Of a stretch of 59,163 nucleotides of DNA, positions 37,601 through 55,600 are shown piece by piece; position 1 is the stretch's first letter; every line of letters starts with the position of its first letter. Below the pieces are notes generated by a model. That model did not search any database and was not told the origin of the DNA. It saw only the letters and a list, made by a program, of their open reading frames with translations. The position numbers were made by a program, and so were the translations under genes. The stretch is from Nemertoderma westbladi (Eukaryota > Animalia > Xenacoelomorpha): positions 1 to 59,163 of the forward strand of contig JAUCBJ010006263.1 in NCBI GenBank assembly GCA_032718475.1, in the 5' to 3' direction.

Positions 37601-40600
37601 TCTATAGAGATAGCAAACAGGAACCTGCATCCACACCATCTATAGAGATAACAAACAGGAACCTGCATCCACACCATCTATCTAGATAACAACAGGAACC
37701 TGCATCCACACCATCTATCTAGATAAAAAACAGGAACCTGCATCCACACCATCTATAGAGATAACAAAGAGGAACCTGCATCCACACCATCTATCTAGAT
37801 AACAAACAGGAACCTGCATCCACACCATCTATAGAGATAACAAACAGGAACCTGCATCCACACCATCTATCTAGATAACAAACAGGAACCTGCACCCACA
37901 CCTTCTATAGAGAAAACAAACAGGAACCTGCATCCACACCATCTATCTAGATAACAAACAGTAACCTGCATCCACACCATCTATAGAGATAACAAACAGG
38001 AACCTGCACCCACACCTTCTATAGAGAAAACAAACAGGAACCTGCATCCACACCATCTATCTAGATAACATACAGTAACCTGCATCCACACCATCTATAG
38101 AGATAACAAACAGGAACCTGCACCCACACCTTCTATAGAGAAAACAAACAGGAACCTGCATCCACACCATCTATCTAGATAACAAACAGTAACCTGCATC
38201 CACACCATCTATCTAGATAACAAACAGGAACCTGCATCCACACCATCTATCTAGATAACAAACAGGAACCTGCATCCCACCATCTATCTATATAACAACA
38301 GGAACCTGCATCCACACCATCTATCTAGATAACAAACAGGAACCTGCATCCACACCATCTATCTAGATAACAAACAGGAACCTGTATCCAAACCATCTAT
38401 AGAGATAACAAACAGGAACCTGCATCCAAACCATCTATAGAGATAACAAACAGGAACCTGCATCCAAACCATCTATCTAGATAACAAACAGGAACCTGCA
38501 TCCACACCATCTATCTAGATAACAAACAGGAACCTGTATCCACACCATCTATAGAGATAACAAACAGGAACCTGCATCCAAACCATCTATAGAGATAACA
38601 AACAGGAACCTGCATCCAAACCATCTATCTAGATAACAAACAGGAACCTGCATCCACACCATCTATCTATATAACAACAGGAACCTGCATCCACACCATC
38701 TATCTAGATAACAAACAGGAACCTGCATCCACACCATCTATCTAGATAACAAACAGGAACCTGTATCCAAACCATCTATAGAGATAACAAACAGGAACCT
38801 GCATCCAAACCATCTATAGAGATAACAAACAGGAACCTGCATCCAAACCATCTATCTAGATAACAAACAGGAACCTGCATCCACACCATCTATCTAGATA
38901 ACAAACAGTAACCTGCATCCACACCATCTATCTAGATAACAAACAGGAACCTGCATCCCACCATCTATCTAGATAACAAACAGGAACCTGCATCCACACC
39001 ATCTATCTAGATAACAAACAGGAACCTGTATCCAAACCATCTATAGAGATAACAAACAGGAACCTGCATCCAAACCATCTATAGAGATAACAAACAGGAA
39101 CCTGCATCCACACCATCTATCTAGATAACAAACAGGAACCTGTATCCAAACCATCTATAGAGATAACAAACAGGAACCTGCATCCAAACCATCTATAGAG
39201 ATAACAAACAGGAACCTGTATCCAAACCATCTATCTAGATAACAAACAGGAACCTGCATCCACACCATCTATCTAGATAACAAACAGGAACCTGTATCCA
39301 AACCATCTATAGAGATAACAAACAGGAACCTGCATCCAAACCATCTATCTAGATAACAAACAGGAACCTGCATCCACACCATCTATCTAGATAACAAACA
39401 GTAACCTGCATCCACACCATCTATCTAGATAACAAACAGGAACCTGTATCCAAACCATCTATAGAGATAACAAACAGGAACCTGCATCCAAACCATCTAT
39501 AGAGATAACAAACAGGAACCTGCATCCACACCATCTATCTAGATAACAAACAGGAACCTGCATCCACACCATCTATCTAGATAACAAACAGTAACCTGCA
39601 TCCACACCATCTATCTAGATAACAAACAGGAACCTGTATCCAAACCATCTATAGAGATAACAAACAGGAACCTGCATCCAAACCATCTATAGAGATAACA
39701 AACAGGAACCTGCATCCACACCATCTATCTAGATAACAAACAGGAACCTGCATCCACACCATCTATCTAGATAACAAACAGGAACCTGCACCCACACCTT
39801 CTATAGAGAAAACAAACAGGAACCTGCATCCACACCATCTATCTAGATAACAAACAGTAACCTGCATCCACACCATCTATAGAGATAACAAACAGGAACC
39901 TGCACCCACACCTTCTATAGAGAAAACAAACAGGAACCTGCATCCACACCATCTATCTAGATAACAAACAGTAACCTGCATCCACACCATCTATAGAGAT
40001 AACAAACAGGAACCTGCACCCACACCTTCTATAGAGAAAACAAACAGGAACCTGCATCCACACCATCTATCTAGATAACAAACAGTAACCTGCATCCACA
40101 CCATCTATCTAGATAACAAACAGTAACCTGCATCCACACCATCTATAGAGATAACAAACAGGAACCTGCACCCACACCTTCTATAGAGAAAACAAACAGG
40201 AACCTGCATCCACACCATCTATCTAGATAACAAACAGTAACCTGCATCCACACCATCTATCTATATAACAAACAGGAACCTGCATCCACACCATCTATCT
40301 ATATAACAAACAGGAACCTGCATCCACACCATCTATCTAGATAACAAACAGGAACCTGCATCCACACCATCTATAGAGATAACAAACAGGAACCTGCATC
40401 CAAACCATCTATAGAGATAACAAACAGGAACCTGCACCCACACCTTCTATAGAGAAAACAAACAGGAACCTGCATCCACACCATCTATCTAGATAACAAA
40501 CAGTAACCTGCATCCACACCATCTATAGAGATAACAAACAGGAACCTGCACCCACACCATCTATCTAGATAACAAACAGGAACCTGCATCCACACCATCT

Positions 40601-43600
40601 ATCTAGATAACAAACAGGAACCTGCACCCACACCTTCTATAGAGAAAACAAACAGGAACCTGCATCCACACCATCTATCTAGATAACAAACAGTAACCTG
40701 CATCCACACCATCTATCTAGATAACAAACAGTAACCTGCATCCACACCATCTATAGAGATAACAAACAGGAACCTGCACCCACACCTTCTATAGAGAAAA
40801 CAAACAGGAACCTGCATCCACACCATCTATCTAGATAACAAACAGTAACCTGCATCCACACCATCTATCTATATAACAAACAGGAACCTGCATCCACACC
40901 ATCTATCTATATAACAAACAGGAACCTGCATCCACACCATCTATCTAGATAACAAACAGGAACCTGCATCCACACCATCTATAGAGATAACAAACAGGAA
41001 CCTGCATCCAAACCATCTATAGAGATAACAAACAGGAACCTGCATCCACACCATCTATCTAGATAACAAACAGGAACCTGCAACCACACCATCTATCTAT
41101 ATAACAAACAGGAACCTGTATCCACACCATCTATCTAGATAACAAACAGGAACCTGCACCCACACCTTCTATAGAGAAAACAAACAGGAACCTGCATCCA
41201 CACCATCTATCTAGATAACAAACAGGAACCTGCATCCACACCATCTATCTAGATAACAAACAGTAACCTGCATCCACACCATCTATCTAGATAACAAACA
41301 GTAACCTGCATCCACACCATCTATAGAGATAACAAACAGGAACCTGCACCCACACCTTCTATAGAGAAAACAAACAGGAACCTGCATCCACACCATCTAT
41401 CTAGATAACAAACAGTAACCTGCATCCACACCATCTATCTAGATAACAAACAGGAACCTGCATCCAAACCATCTATAGAGATAACAAACAGGAACCTGCA
41501 TCCAAACCATCTATAGAGATAACAAACAGGAACCTGCATCCACACCATCTATCTAGATAACAAACAGGAACCTGCAACCACACCATCTATCTATATAACA
41601 AACAGGAACCTGTATCCACACCATCTATAGAGATAACAAACAGGAACCTGCATCCACACCATCTATAGAGATAACAAACAGGAACCTGCATCCACACCAT
41701 CTATCTAGATAACAAACAGGAACCTGCATCCACACCATCTATCTATATAACAAACAGGAACCTGTATCCACACCATCTATAGAGATAACAAACAGGAACC
41801 TGCATCCAAACCTTCTATAGAGATAACAAACAGGAACCTGCATCCAAACCATCTATAGAGATAACAAACAGGAACCTGCATCCAAACCATCGATCTATAT
41901 AACAAACAGGAACCTGTATCCACACCATCTATCTAGATAACAACAGGAACCTGCATCCACACCATCTATCTAGATAACAAACAGGAACCTGCATCCACAC
42001 CATCTATAGAGATAACAAACAGGAACCTGCATCCACACCATCTATCTAGATAACAAACAGGAACCTGCAACCACACCATCTATCTATATAACAAACAGGA
42101 ACCTGTATCCACACCATCTATCTAGATAACAAACAGGAACCTGCATCCACACCATCTATAGAGATAACAAACAGGAACCTGTATCCACACCATCTATCTA
42201 GATAACAAACAGGAACCTGTATCCACACCATCTATAGAGATAACAAACAGGAACCTGTATCCACACCATCTATCTAGATAACAAACAGGAACCTGTATCC
42301 ACACCATCTATAGAGATAACAAACAGGAACCTGCATCCACACCATCTATAGAGATAACAAACAGGAACCTGCATCCACACCATCTATCTAGATAACAAAC
42401 AGGAACCTGCAACCACACCATCTATCTATATAACAAACAGGAACCTGTATCCACACCATCTATCTAGATAACAACAGGAACCTGCATCCACACCATCTAT
42501 CTAGATAACAAACAGGAACCTGCATCCACACCATCTATAGAGATAACAAACAGGAACCTGCATCCACACCATCTATCTAGATAACAAACAGGAACCTGCA
42601 ACCACACCATCTATCTATATAACAAACAGGAACCTGTATCCACACCATCTATCTAGATAACAAACAGGAACCTGCAACCACACCATCGATCTATATAACA
42701 AACAGGAACCTGTATCCACACCATCTATCTAGATAACAACAGGAACCTGCATCCACACCATCTATCTAGATAACAAACAGGAACCTGCATCCACACCATC
42801 TATAGAGATAACAAACAGGAACCTGCATCCACACCATCTATCTAGATAACAAACAGGAACCTGCAACCACACCATCTATCTATATAACAAACAGGAACCT
42901 GTATCCACACCATCTATCTAGATAACAAACAGGAACCTGCATCCACACCATCTATAGAGATAACAAACAGGAACCTGTATCCACACCATCTATCTAGATA
43001 ACAAACAGGAACCTGTATCCACACCATCTATAGAGATAACAAACAGGAACCTGTATCCACACCATCTATCTAGATAACAAACAGGAACCTGTATCCACAC
43101 CATCTATAGAGATAACAAACAGGAACCTGCACCCACACCATCTATCTAGATAACAACAGGAACCTGTATCCAAACCATCTATAGAGATAACAAACAGGAA
43201 CCTGCATCCAAACCATCTATAGAGATAACAAACAGGAACCTGCACCCACACCATCTATAGAGATAACAAACAGGAACCTGCATCCACACCATCTATAGAG
43301 ATAACAAACAGGAACCTGCACCCACACCATCTATAGAGATAACAAACAGGAACCTGCATCCACACCATCTATAGAGATAACAAACAGGAACCTGTATCCA
43401 CACCATCTATAGAGATAACAAACAGGAACCTGCATCCACACCATCTATCTAGATAACAACAGGAACCTGCATCCACACCATCTATCTAGATAACAAACAG
43501 GAACCTGCACCCACACCATCTATCTAGATAACAAACAGGAACCTGCAACCACACCATCTATAGAGATAACAAACAGGAACCTGTATCCACACCATCTATA

Positions 43601-46600
43601 GAGATAACAAACAGGAACCTGTATCCAAACCATCTATAGAGATAACAAACAGGAACCTGCACCCACACCATCTATAGAGATAACAAACAGGAACCTGTAT
43701 CCAAACCATCTATAGAGATAACAAACAGGAACCTGTATCCAAACCATCTATAGAGATAACAAACAGGAACCTGTATCCAAACCATCTATAGAGATAACAA
43801 ACAGGAACCTGCACCCACACCATCTATAGAGATAACAAACAGGAACCTGCACCCACACCATCTATAGAGATAACAAACAGGAACCTGCATCCACACCATC
43901 TATAGAGATAACAAACAGGAACCTGTATCCACACCATCTATAGAGATAACAAACAGGAACCTGCATCCACACCATCTATAGAGATAACAAACAGGAACCT
44001 GTATCCACACCATCTATAGAGATAACAAACAGGAACCTGCATCCACACCATCTATCTAGATAACAAACAGGAACCTGCACCCACACCATCTATCTAGATA
44101 ACAAACAGGAACCTGCAACCACACCATCTATAGAGATAACAAACAGGAACCTGTATCCACACCATCTATAGAGATAACAAACAGGAACCTGTATCCAAAC
44201 CATCTATAGAGATAACAAACAGGAACCTGTATCCACACCATCTATCTAGATAACAAACAGGAACCTGCATCCACACCATCTATAGAGATAACAAACAGGA
44301 ACCTGTATCCACACCATCTATCTAGATAACAAACAGGAACCTGTATCCACACCATCTATAGAGATAACAAACAGGAACCTGCATCCACACCATCTATAGA
44401 GATAACAAACAGGAACCTGCATCCAAACCATCTATAGAGATAACAAACAGGAACCTGCACCCACACCATCTATCTAGATAACAAACAGTAACCTGCATCC
44501 AAACCATCTATAGAGATAACAAACAGGAACCTGCACCCACACCATCTATCTAGATAACAAACAGTAACCTGCATCCAAACCATCTATCTAGATAACAAAC
44601 AGGAACCTGCATCCACACCATCTATCTAGATAACAAACAGGAACCTGCATCCACACCATCTATAGAGATAACAAACAGGAACCTGCACCCACACCATCTA
44701 TAGAGATAACAAACAGGAACCTGCATCCACACCATCTATCTAGATAACAAACAGGAACCTGCATCCACACCATCTATCTAGATAACAAACAGTAACCTGC
44801 ATCCAAACCATCTATAGAGATAACAAACAGGAACCTGCATCCACACCATCTATAGAGATAACAAACAGGAACCTGCATCCACACCATCTATAGAGATAAC
44901 AAACAGGAACCTGCACCCACACCATCTATAGAGATAACAAACAGGAACCTGTATCCAAACCATCTATAGAGATAACAAACAGGAACCTGTATCCAAACCA
45001 TCTATAGAGATAACAAACAGGAACCTGCATCCACACCATCTATCTAGATAACAAACAGGAACCTGCATCCACACAATCTATAGAGATAACAAACAGGAAC
45101 CTGCATCCAAACCATCTATAGAGATAACAAACAGGAACCTGCATCCACACCATCTATCTAGATAACAAACAGGAACCTGCATCCACACCATCTATAGAGA
45201 TAACAAACAGGAACCTGCATCCACACCATCTATAGAGATAACAAACAGGAACCTGCATCCACACCATCTATCTAGATAACAAACAGGAACCTGCATCCAC
45301 ACCATCTATCTATATAACAAACAGGAACCTGCATCCACACCATCTATCTAGATAACAAACAGGAACCTGCATCCACACCATCTATCTAGATAACAAACAG
45401 GAACCTGCATCCACACAATCTATAGAGATAACAAACAGTAACCTGCATCCACACCATCTATAGAGATAACAAACAGGAACCTGCATCCACACCATCTATC
45501 TAGATAACAAACAGGAACCTGCATCCACACCATCTATAGAGATAACAAACAGGAACCTGCATCCACACCATCTATAGAGATAACAAACAGGAACCTGCAT
45601 CCACACCATCTATCTAGATAACAAACAGGAACCTGCATCCACACCATCTATAGAGATAACAAACAGGAACCTGCATCCACACCATCTATCTAGATAACAA
45701 ACAGGAACCTGCACCCACACCATCTATAGAGATAACAAACAGGAACCTGCACCCACACCATCTATCTAGATAACAAACAGGAACCTGCAACCACACCATC
45801 TATCTAGATAACAAACAGGAACCTGCATCCACACCTTCTATAGAGATAACAAACAGGAACCTGCATCCACACCATCTATCTAGATAACAAACAGGAACCT
45901 GCATCCACACCATCTATAGAGATAACAAACAGGAACCTGTATCCACACCATCTATCTAGATAACAAACAGGAACCTGCATCCAAACCATCTATAGAGATA
46001 ACAAACAGGAACCTGCACCCACACCATCTATAGAGATAACAAACAGGAACCTGCACCCACACCATCTATCTAGATAACAAACAGGAACCTGCAACCACAC
46101 CATCTATCTAGATAACAAACAGGAACCTGCATCCACACCTTCTATAGAGATAACAAACAGGAACCTGCATCCACACCATCTATCTAGAAAACAAACAGGA
46201 ACCTGCATCCACACCATCTATAGAGATAACAAACAGGAACCTGTATCCACACCATCTATCTAGATAACAAACAGGAACCTGCATCCAAACCATCTATAGA
46301 GATAACAAACAGGAACCTGCACCCACACCATCTATAGAGATAACAACAGGAACCTGCATCCACACCATCTATCTAGATAACAAACAGGAACCTGCATCCA
46401 AACCATCTATAGAGATAACAAACAGGAACCTGCATCCACACCATCTATCTAGATAACAAACAGGAACCTGCATCCACACCATCTATAGAGATAACAAACA
46501 GGAACCTGCATCCACACCTTCTATCTAGATAACAACAGGAACCTGCATCCACACCATCTATCTAGAAAACAAACAGGAACCTGCATCCAAACCATCTATA

Positions 46601-49600
46601 GAGATAACAAACAGGAACCTGCATCCACACCATCTATCTAGATAACAAACAGGAACCTGCATCCACACCATCTATAGAGATAACAAACAGGAACCTGCAT
46701 CCACACCTTCTATCTAGATAACAAACAGGAACCTGTATCCACACCTTCTATCTAGATAACAAACAGGAACCTGCACCCACACCATCTATCTAGATAACAA
46801 CAGGAACCTGCATCCACACCATCTATCTAGAAAACAAACAGGAACCTGCATCCAAACCATCTATAGAGATAACAAACAGGAACCTGCATCCACACCATCT
46901 ATAGAGATAACAAACAGGAACCTGCACCCACACCATCTATCTAGATAACAAACAGGAACCTGCATCCACACCATCTATAGAGATAACAAACAGGAACCTG
47001 CATCCAAACCTTCTATCTAGATAACAAACAGGAACCTGCATCCACACCATCTATCTAGATAACAAACAGGAACCTGCATCCACACCATCTATAGAGATAA
47101 CAAACAGGAACCTGCATCCACACCATCTATAGAGATAACAAACAGGAACCTGCATCCACACCATCTATAGAGATAACAAACAGGAACCTGCATCCAAACC
47201 ATCTATAGAGATAACAAACAGGAACCTGCATCCACACCATCTATAGAGATAACAAACAGGAACCTGTATCCAAACCATCTATCTAGATAACAAACAGGAA
47301 CCTGCATCCACACCTTCTATCTAGATAACAAACAGGAACCTGCACCCACACCATCTATAGAGATAGCAAACAGGAACCTGCATCCACACCATCTATCTAG
47401 ATAACAAACAGGAACCTGCATCCAAACCATCTATAGAGATAACAAACAGGAACCTGCATCCACACCATCTATCTAGATAACAAACAGGAACCTGCATCCA
47501 CACCATCTATAGAGATAACAAACAGGAACCTGCATCCACACCATCTATAGAGATAACAAACAGGAACCTGCACCCACACCATCTATAGAGATAGCAAACA
47601 GGAACCTGCATCCACACCATCTATCTAGATAACAAACAGGAACCTGCATCCAAACCATCTATAGAGATAACAAACAGGAACCTGCATCCACACCATCTAT
47701 CTAGATAACAAACAGGAACCTGCATCCACACCATCTATCTAGATAACAAACAGTAACCTGCATCCACACCATCTATCTAGATAACAAACAGGAACCTGCA
47801 TCCACACCATCTATAGAGATAACAAACAGGAACCTGTATCCAAACCATCTATAGAGATAACAAACAGGAACCTGCATCCAAACCATCTATAGAGATAACA
47901 AACAGGAACCTGCACCCACACCATCTATAGAGATAACAAACAGGAACCTGTATCCACACCATCTATAGAGATAACAAACAGGAACCTGCATCCACACCAT
48001 CTATCTAGATAACAACAGGAACCTGCATACACACCATCTATAGAGATAACAAACAGGAACCTGTATCCACACCATCTATCTAGATAACAAACAGGAACCT
48101 GTATCCACACCATCTATAGAGATAACAAACAGGAACCTGCATCCACACCATCTATAGAGATAACAAACAGGAACCTGCATCCAAACCATCTATAGAGATA
48201 ACAAACAGGAACCTGCATCCACACCATCTATAGAGATAACAAACAGGAACCTGTATCCACACCATCTATCTAGATAACAAACAGGAACCTGCACCCACAC
48301 CATCTATCTAGATAACAACAGGAACCTGCATCCACACCATCTATAGAGATAACAAACAGGAACCTGCATCCAAACCATCTATAGAGATAACAAACAGGAA
48401 CCTGCATCCACACCATCTATAGAGATAACAAACAGGAACCTGCATCCACACCATCTATAGAGATAACAAACAGGAACCTGCATCCAAACCATCTATAGAG
48501 ATAACAAACAGGAACCTGCATCCACACCATCTATAGAGATAACAAACAGGAACCTGCATCCAAACCATCTATAGAGATAACAAACAGGAACCTGCATCCA
48601 AACCATCTATAGAGATAACAAACAGGAACCTGCATCCACACCATCTATAGAGATAACAAACAGGAACCTGCATCCACACCATCTATAGAGATAACAAACA
48701 GGAACCTGCATCCAAACCATCTATAGAGATAACAAACAGGAACCTGCATCCAAACCATCTATAGAGATAACAAACAGGAACCTGCATCCACACCATCTAT
48801 AGAGATAACAAACAGGAACCTGCATCCAAACCATCTATAGAGATAACAAACAGGAACCTGCACCCACACCATCTATAGAGATAACAAACAGGAACCTGTA
48901 TCCACACCATCTATAGAGATAACAAACAGGAACCTGTATCCACACCATCTATAGAGATAACAAACAGGAACCTGTATCCACACCATCTATCTAGATAACA
49001 AACAGGAACCTGCATCCACACCATCTATCTAGAAAACAAACAGAAACCTGCATCCACACCATCTATCTAGAAAACAAACAGGAACCTGCACCCACACCAT
49101 CTATAGAGATAACAAACAGGAACCTGTATCCACACCATCTATAGAGATAACAAACAGGAACCTGTATCCACACCATCTATAGAGATAACAAACAGGAACC
49201 TGCATCCAAACCATCTATAGAGATAACAAACAGGAACCTGCACCCACACCATCTATAGAGATAACAAACAGGAACCTGTATCCACACCATCTATAGAGAT
49301 AACAAACAGGAACCTGTATCCACACCATCTATAGAGATAACAAACAGGAACCTGCATCCAAACCATCTATAGAGATAACAAACAGGAACCTGCACCCACA
49401 CCATCTATAGAGATAACAAACAGGAACCTGTATCCACACCATCTATCTAGATAACAAACAGGAACCTGCATCCACACCATCTATCTAGAAAACAAACAGG
49501 AACCTGCACCCACACCATCTATAGAGATAACAAACAGGAACCTGTATCCACACCATCTATAGAGATAACAAACAGGAACCTGTATCCACACCATCTATAG

Positions 49601-52600
49601 AGATAACAAACAGGAACCTGTATCCACACCATCTATAGAGATAACAAACAGGAACCTGCATCCACACCATCTATAGAGATAACAAACAGGAACCTGCATC
49701 CAAACCATCTATAGAGATAACAAACAGGAACCTGCACCCACACCATCTATAGAGATAACAAACAGGAACCTGTATCCACACCATCTATAGAGATAACAAA
49801 CAGGAACCTGCATCCAAACCATCTATAGAGATAACAAACAGGAACCTGCACCCACACCATCTATAGAGATAACAAACAGGAACCTGTATCCACACCATCT
49901 ATAGAGATAACAAACAGGAACCTGTATCCAAACCATCTATAGAGATAACAAACAGGAACCTGCATCCAAACCATCTATAGAGATAACAAACAGGAACCTG
50001 CACCCACACCATCTATAGAGATAACAAACAGGAACCTGCATCCACACCATCTATCTAGATAACAAACAGGAACCTGCATCCACACCATCTATAGAGATAA
50101 CAAACAGGAACCTGTATCCACACCATCTATCTAGAAAACAAACAGGAACCTGCATCCACACCATCTATAGAGATAACAAACAGGAACCTGTATCCACACC
50201 ATCTATAGAGATAACAAACAGGAACCTGTATCCACACCATCTATAGAGATAACAAACAGGAACCTGTATCCACACCATCTATAGAGATAACAAACAGGAA
50301 CCTGTATCCACACCATCTATAGAGATAACAAACAGGAACCTGTATCCACACCATCTATAGAGATAACAAACAGGAACCTGCATCCACACCATCTATAGAG
50401 ATAACAAACAGGAACCTGCATCCAAACCATCTATAGAGATAACAAACAGGAACCTGCACCCACACCATCTATAGAGATAACAAACAGGAACCTGTATCCA
50501 AACCATCTATAGAGATAACAAACAGGAACCTGCATCCAAACCATCTATAGAGATAACAAACAGGAACCTGCACCCACACCATCTATAGAGATAACAAACA
50601 GGAACCTGCATCCACACCATCTATCTAGATAACAAACAGGAACCTGCATCCACACCATCTATAGAGATAACAAACAGGAACCTGTATCCACACCATCTAT
50701 CTAGAAAACAAACAGGAACCTGCATCCACACCATCTATAGAGATAACAAACAGGAACCTGTATCCACACCATCTATCTAGATAACAAACAGGAACCTGCA
50801 TCCAAACCATCTATAGAGATAACAAACAGGAACCTGCATCCACACCATCTATCTAGATAACAAACAGGAACCTGCATCCACACCATCTATAGAGATAACA
50901 AACAGGAACCTGCATCCACACCTTCTATCTAGATAACAACAGGAACCTGCATCCACACCATCTATCTAGAAAACAAACAGGAACCTGCATCCAAACCATC
51001 TATAGAGATAACAAACAGGAACCTGCATCCACACCATCTATAGAGATAACAAACAGGAACCTGCATCCACACCATCTATCTAGATAACAAACAGGAACCT
51101 GCATCCACACCATCTATAGAGATAACAAACAGGAACCTGCATCCACACCATCTATCTAGATAACAAACAGGAACCTGCATCCACACCATCTATAGAGATA
51201 ACAAACAGGAACCTGCATCCACACCATCTATCTAGATAACAAACAGGAACCTGCATCCACACCATCTATAGAGATAACAAACAGGAACCTGTATCCACAC
51301 CATCTATAGAGATAACAAACAGGAACCTGCATCCACACCATCTATAGAGATAACAAACAGGAACCTGCATCCACACCATCTATCTAGATAACAAACAGGA
51401 ACCTGCATCCACACCATCTATCTAGATAACAAACAGGAACCTGCATCCACACCATCTATAGAGATAACAAACAGGAACCTGCATCCAAACCTTCTATCTA
51501 GATAACAAACAGGAACCTGCATCCACACCATCTATCTAGATAACAAACAGGAACCTGCATCCACACCATCTATAGAGATAACAAACAGGAACCTGCATCC
51601 ACACCATCTATAGAGATAACAAACAGGAACCTGCATCCACACCATCTATAGAGATAACAAACAGGAACCTGCATCCAAACCATCTATAGAGATAACAAAC
51701 AGGAACCTGCATCCACACCATCTATCTAGATAACAAACAGGAACCTGCATCCACACCATCTATCTAGATAACAAACAGGAACCTGCATCCACACCATCTA
51801 TAGAGATAACAAACAGGAACCTGCACCCACACCATCTATAGAGATAGCAAACAGGAACCTGCATCCACACCATCTATCTAGATAACAAACAGGAACCTGC
51901 ATCCAAACCATCTATAGAGATAACAAACAGGAACCTGCATCCACACCATCTATCTAGATAACAAACAGGAACCTGCATCCACACCATCTATAGAGATAAC
52001 AAACAGGAACCTGCATCCACACCATCTATAGAGATAACAAACAGGAACCTGCACCCACACCATCTATAGAGATAGCAAACAGGAACCTGCATCCACACCA
52101 TCTATCTAGATAACAAACAGGAACCTGCATCCAAACCATCTATAGAGATAACAAACAGGAACCTGCATCCACACCATCTATCTAGATAACAAACAGGAAC
52201 CTGCATCCACACCATCTATAGAGATAACAAACAGGAACCTGCATCCACACCATCTATAGAGATAACAAACAGGAACCTGCATCCAAACCATCTATAGAGA
52301 TAACAAACAGGAACCTGCATCCACACCATCTATCTAGATAACAAACAGGAACCTGCATCCACACCATCTATCTAGATAACAAACAGGAACCTGCATCCAC
52401 ACCATCTATAGAGATAACAAACAGGAACCTGCACCCACACCATCTATAGAGATAACAAACAGGAACCTGCATCCACACCATCTATAGAGATAACAAACAG
52501 GAACCTGTATCCACACCATCTATCTATATAACAAACAGGAACCTGCATCCACACCATCTATAGAGATAACAAACAGGAACCTGCACCCACACCATCTATA

Positions 52601-55600
52601 GAGATAACAAACAGGAACCTGTATCCACACCATCTATCTAGATAACAAACAGGAACCTGCATCCACACCATCTATAGAGATAACAAACAGGAACCTGTAT
52701 CCACACCATCTATCTATATAACAAACAGGAACCTGCATCCACACCATCTATAGAGATAACAAACAGGAACCTGCATCCACACCATCTATCTATATAACAA
52801 ACAGGAACCTGCATCCACACCATCTATAGAGATAACAAACAGGAACCTGTATCCAAACCTTCTATCTAGATAACAAACAGGAACCTGCATCGACACCATC
52901 TATAGAGATAACAAACAGGAACCTGTATCCACACCATCTATCTATATAACAAACAGGAACCTGCATCCACACCATCTATCTAGATAACAAACAGGAACCT
53001 GCATCCACACCATCTATCTAGATAACAAACAGGAACCTGCATCCACACCATCTATAGAGATAACAAACAGGAACCTGTATCCACACCATCTATCTAGATA
53101 ACAAACAGGAACCTGCATCCACACCATCTATAGAGATAACAAACAGGAACCTGCATCCACACCATCTATCTATATAACAAACAGGAACCTGCATCCACAC
53201 CATCTATAGAGATAACAAACAGGAACCTGTATCCAAACCTTCTATCTAGATAACAAACAGGAACCTGCATCGACACCATCTATAGAGATAACAAACAGGA
53301 ACCTGCATCCACACCATCTATAGAGATAACAAACAGGAACCTGTATCCACACCATCTATCTATATAACAAACAGGAACCTGCATCCACACCATGTATCTA
53401 GATAACAAACAGGAACCTGCATCCACACCATCTATCTAGATAACAAACAGGAATCTGCACCCACACCATCTATAGAGATAACAAACAGGAACCTGCATCC
53501 ACACCATCTATAGAGATAGCAAACAGGAACCTGCATCCACACCATCTATAGAGATAGCAAACAGGAACCTGCATCCACACCATCTATCTAGATAACAAAC
53601 AGGAATCTGCACCCACACCATCTATAGAGATAGCAAACAGGAACCTGCATCCACACCATCTATAGAGATAGCAAACAGGAACCTGCATCCACACCATGTA
53701 TCTAGATAACAAACAGGAACCTGCATCCACACCATCTATCTAGATAACAAACAGGAATCTGCACCCACACCATCTATAGAGATAACAAACAGGAACCTGC
53801 ATCCACACCATCTATAGAGATAGCAAACAGGAACCTGCATCCACACCATCTATAGAGATAGCAAACAGGAACCTGTATCCACACCATCTATAGAGATAAC
53901 AAACAGGAACCTGCACCCACACCATCTATAGAGATAACAAACAGGAACCTGCATCCACACCATCTATAGAGATAACAAACAGGAACCTGCACCCACACCA
54001 TCTATAGAGATAGCAAACAGGAACCTGCATCCACACCATCTATAGAGATAGCAAACAGGAACCTGCATCCACACCATCTATCTAGATAACAAACAGGAAT
54101 CTGCACCCACACCATCTATAGAGATAACAAACAGGAACCTGCATCCACACCATCTATAGAGATAACAAACAGGAACCTGCACCCACACCATCTATAGAGA
54201 TAGCAAACAGGAACCTGTATCCACACCATCTATAGAGATAACAAACAGGAACCTGCACCCACACCATCTATAGAGATAACAAACAGGAACCTGCATCCAC
54301 ACCATCTATAGAGATAACAAACAGGAACCTGCACCCACACCATCTATAGAGATAGCAAACAGGAACCTGCATCCACACCATCTATAGAGATAGCAAACAG
54401 GAACCTGCATCCACACCATCTATCTAGATAACAAACAGGAACCTGCACCCACACCATCTATAGAGATAACAAACAGGAACCTGCATCCACACCATCTATA
54501 GAGATAACAAACAGGAACCTGCACCCACACCATCTATAGAGATAGCAAACAGGAACCTGCATCCACACCATCTATAGAGATAGCAAACAGGAACCTGCAT
54601 CCACACCATGTATCTAGATAACAAACAGGAACCTGCATCCACACCATCTATCTAGATAACAAACAGGAATCTGCACCCACACCATCTATAGAGATAACAA
54701 ACAGGAACCTGCATCCACACCATCTATAGAGATAGCAAACAGGAACCTGCATCCACACCATCTATAGAGATAGCAAACAGGAACCTGTATCCACACCATC
54801 TATAGAGATAACAAACAGGAACCTGCACCCACACCATCTATAGAGATAACAAACAGGAACCTGCATCCACACCATCTATAGAGATAACAAACAGGAACCT
54901 GCACCCACACCATCTATAGAGATAACAAACAGGAACCTGCATCCACACCATCTATAGAGATAACAAACAGGAACCTGCACCCACACCATCTATAGAGATA
55001 ACAAACAGGAACCTGCATCCACACCATCTATAGAGATAACAAACAGGAACCTGTATCCACACCATCTATAGAGATAACAAACAGGAACCTGCACCCACAC
55101 CATCTATAGAGATAACAAACAGGAACCTGCATCCACACCATCTATAGAGATAACAAACAGGAACCTGTATCCACACCATCTATCTATATAACAAACAGGA
55201 ACCTGCATCCACACCATCTATCTAGATAACAAACAGGAACCTGCATCCACACCATCTATAGAGATAACAAACAGGAACCTGTATCCACACCATCTATAGA
55301 GATAGCAAACAGGAACCTGCATCCACACCATCTATAGAGATAACAAACAGGAACCTGCATCCACACCATCTATAGAGATAGCAAACAGGAACCTGCATCC
55401 ACACCATCTATAGAGATAACAAACAGGAACCTGTATCCACACCATCTATAGAGATAACAAACAGGAACCTGCATCCACACCATCTATAGAGATAACAAAC
55501 AGGAACCTGCACCCACACCATCTATAGAGATAACAAACAGGAACCTGTATCCACACCATCTATCTATATAACAAACAGGAACCTGCATCCACACCATCTA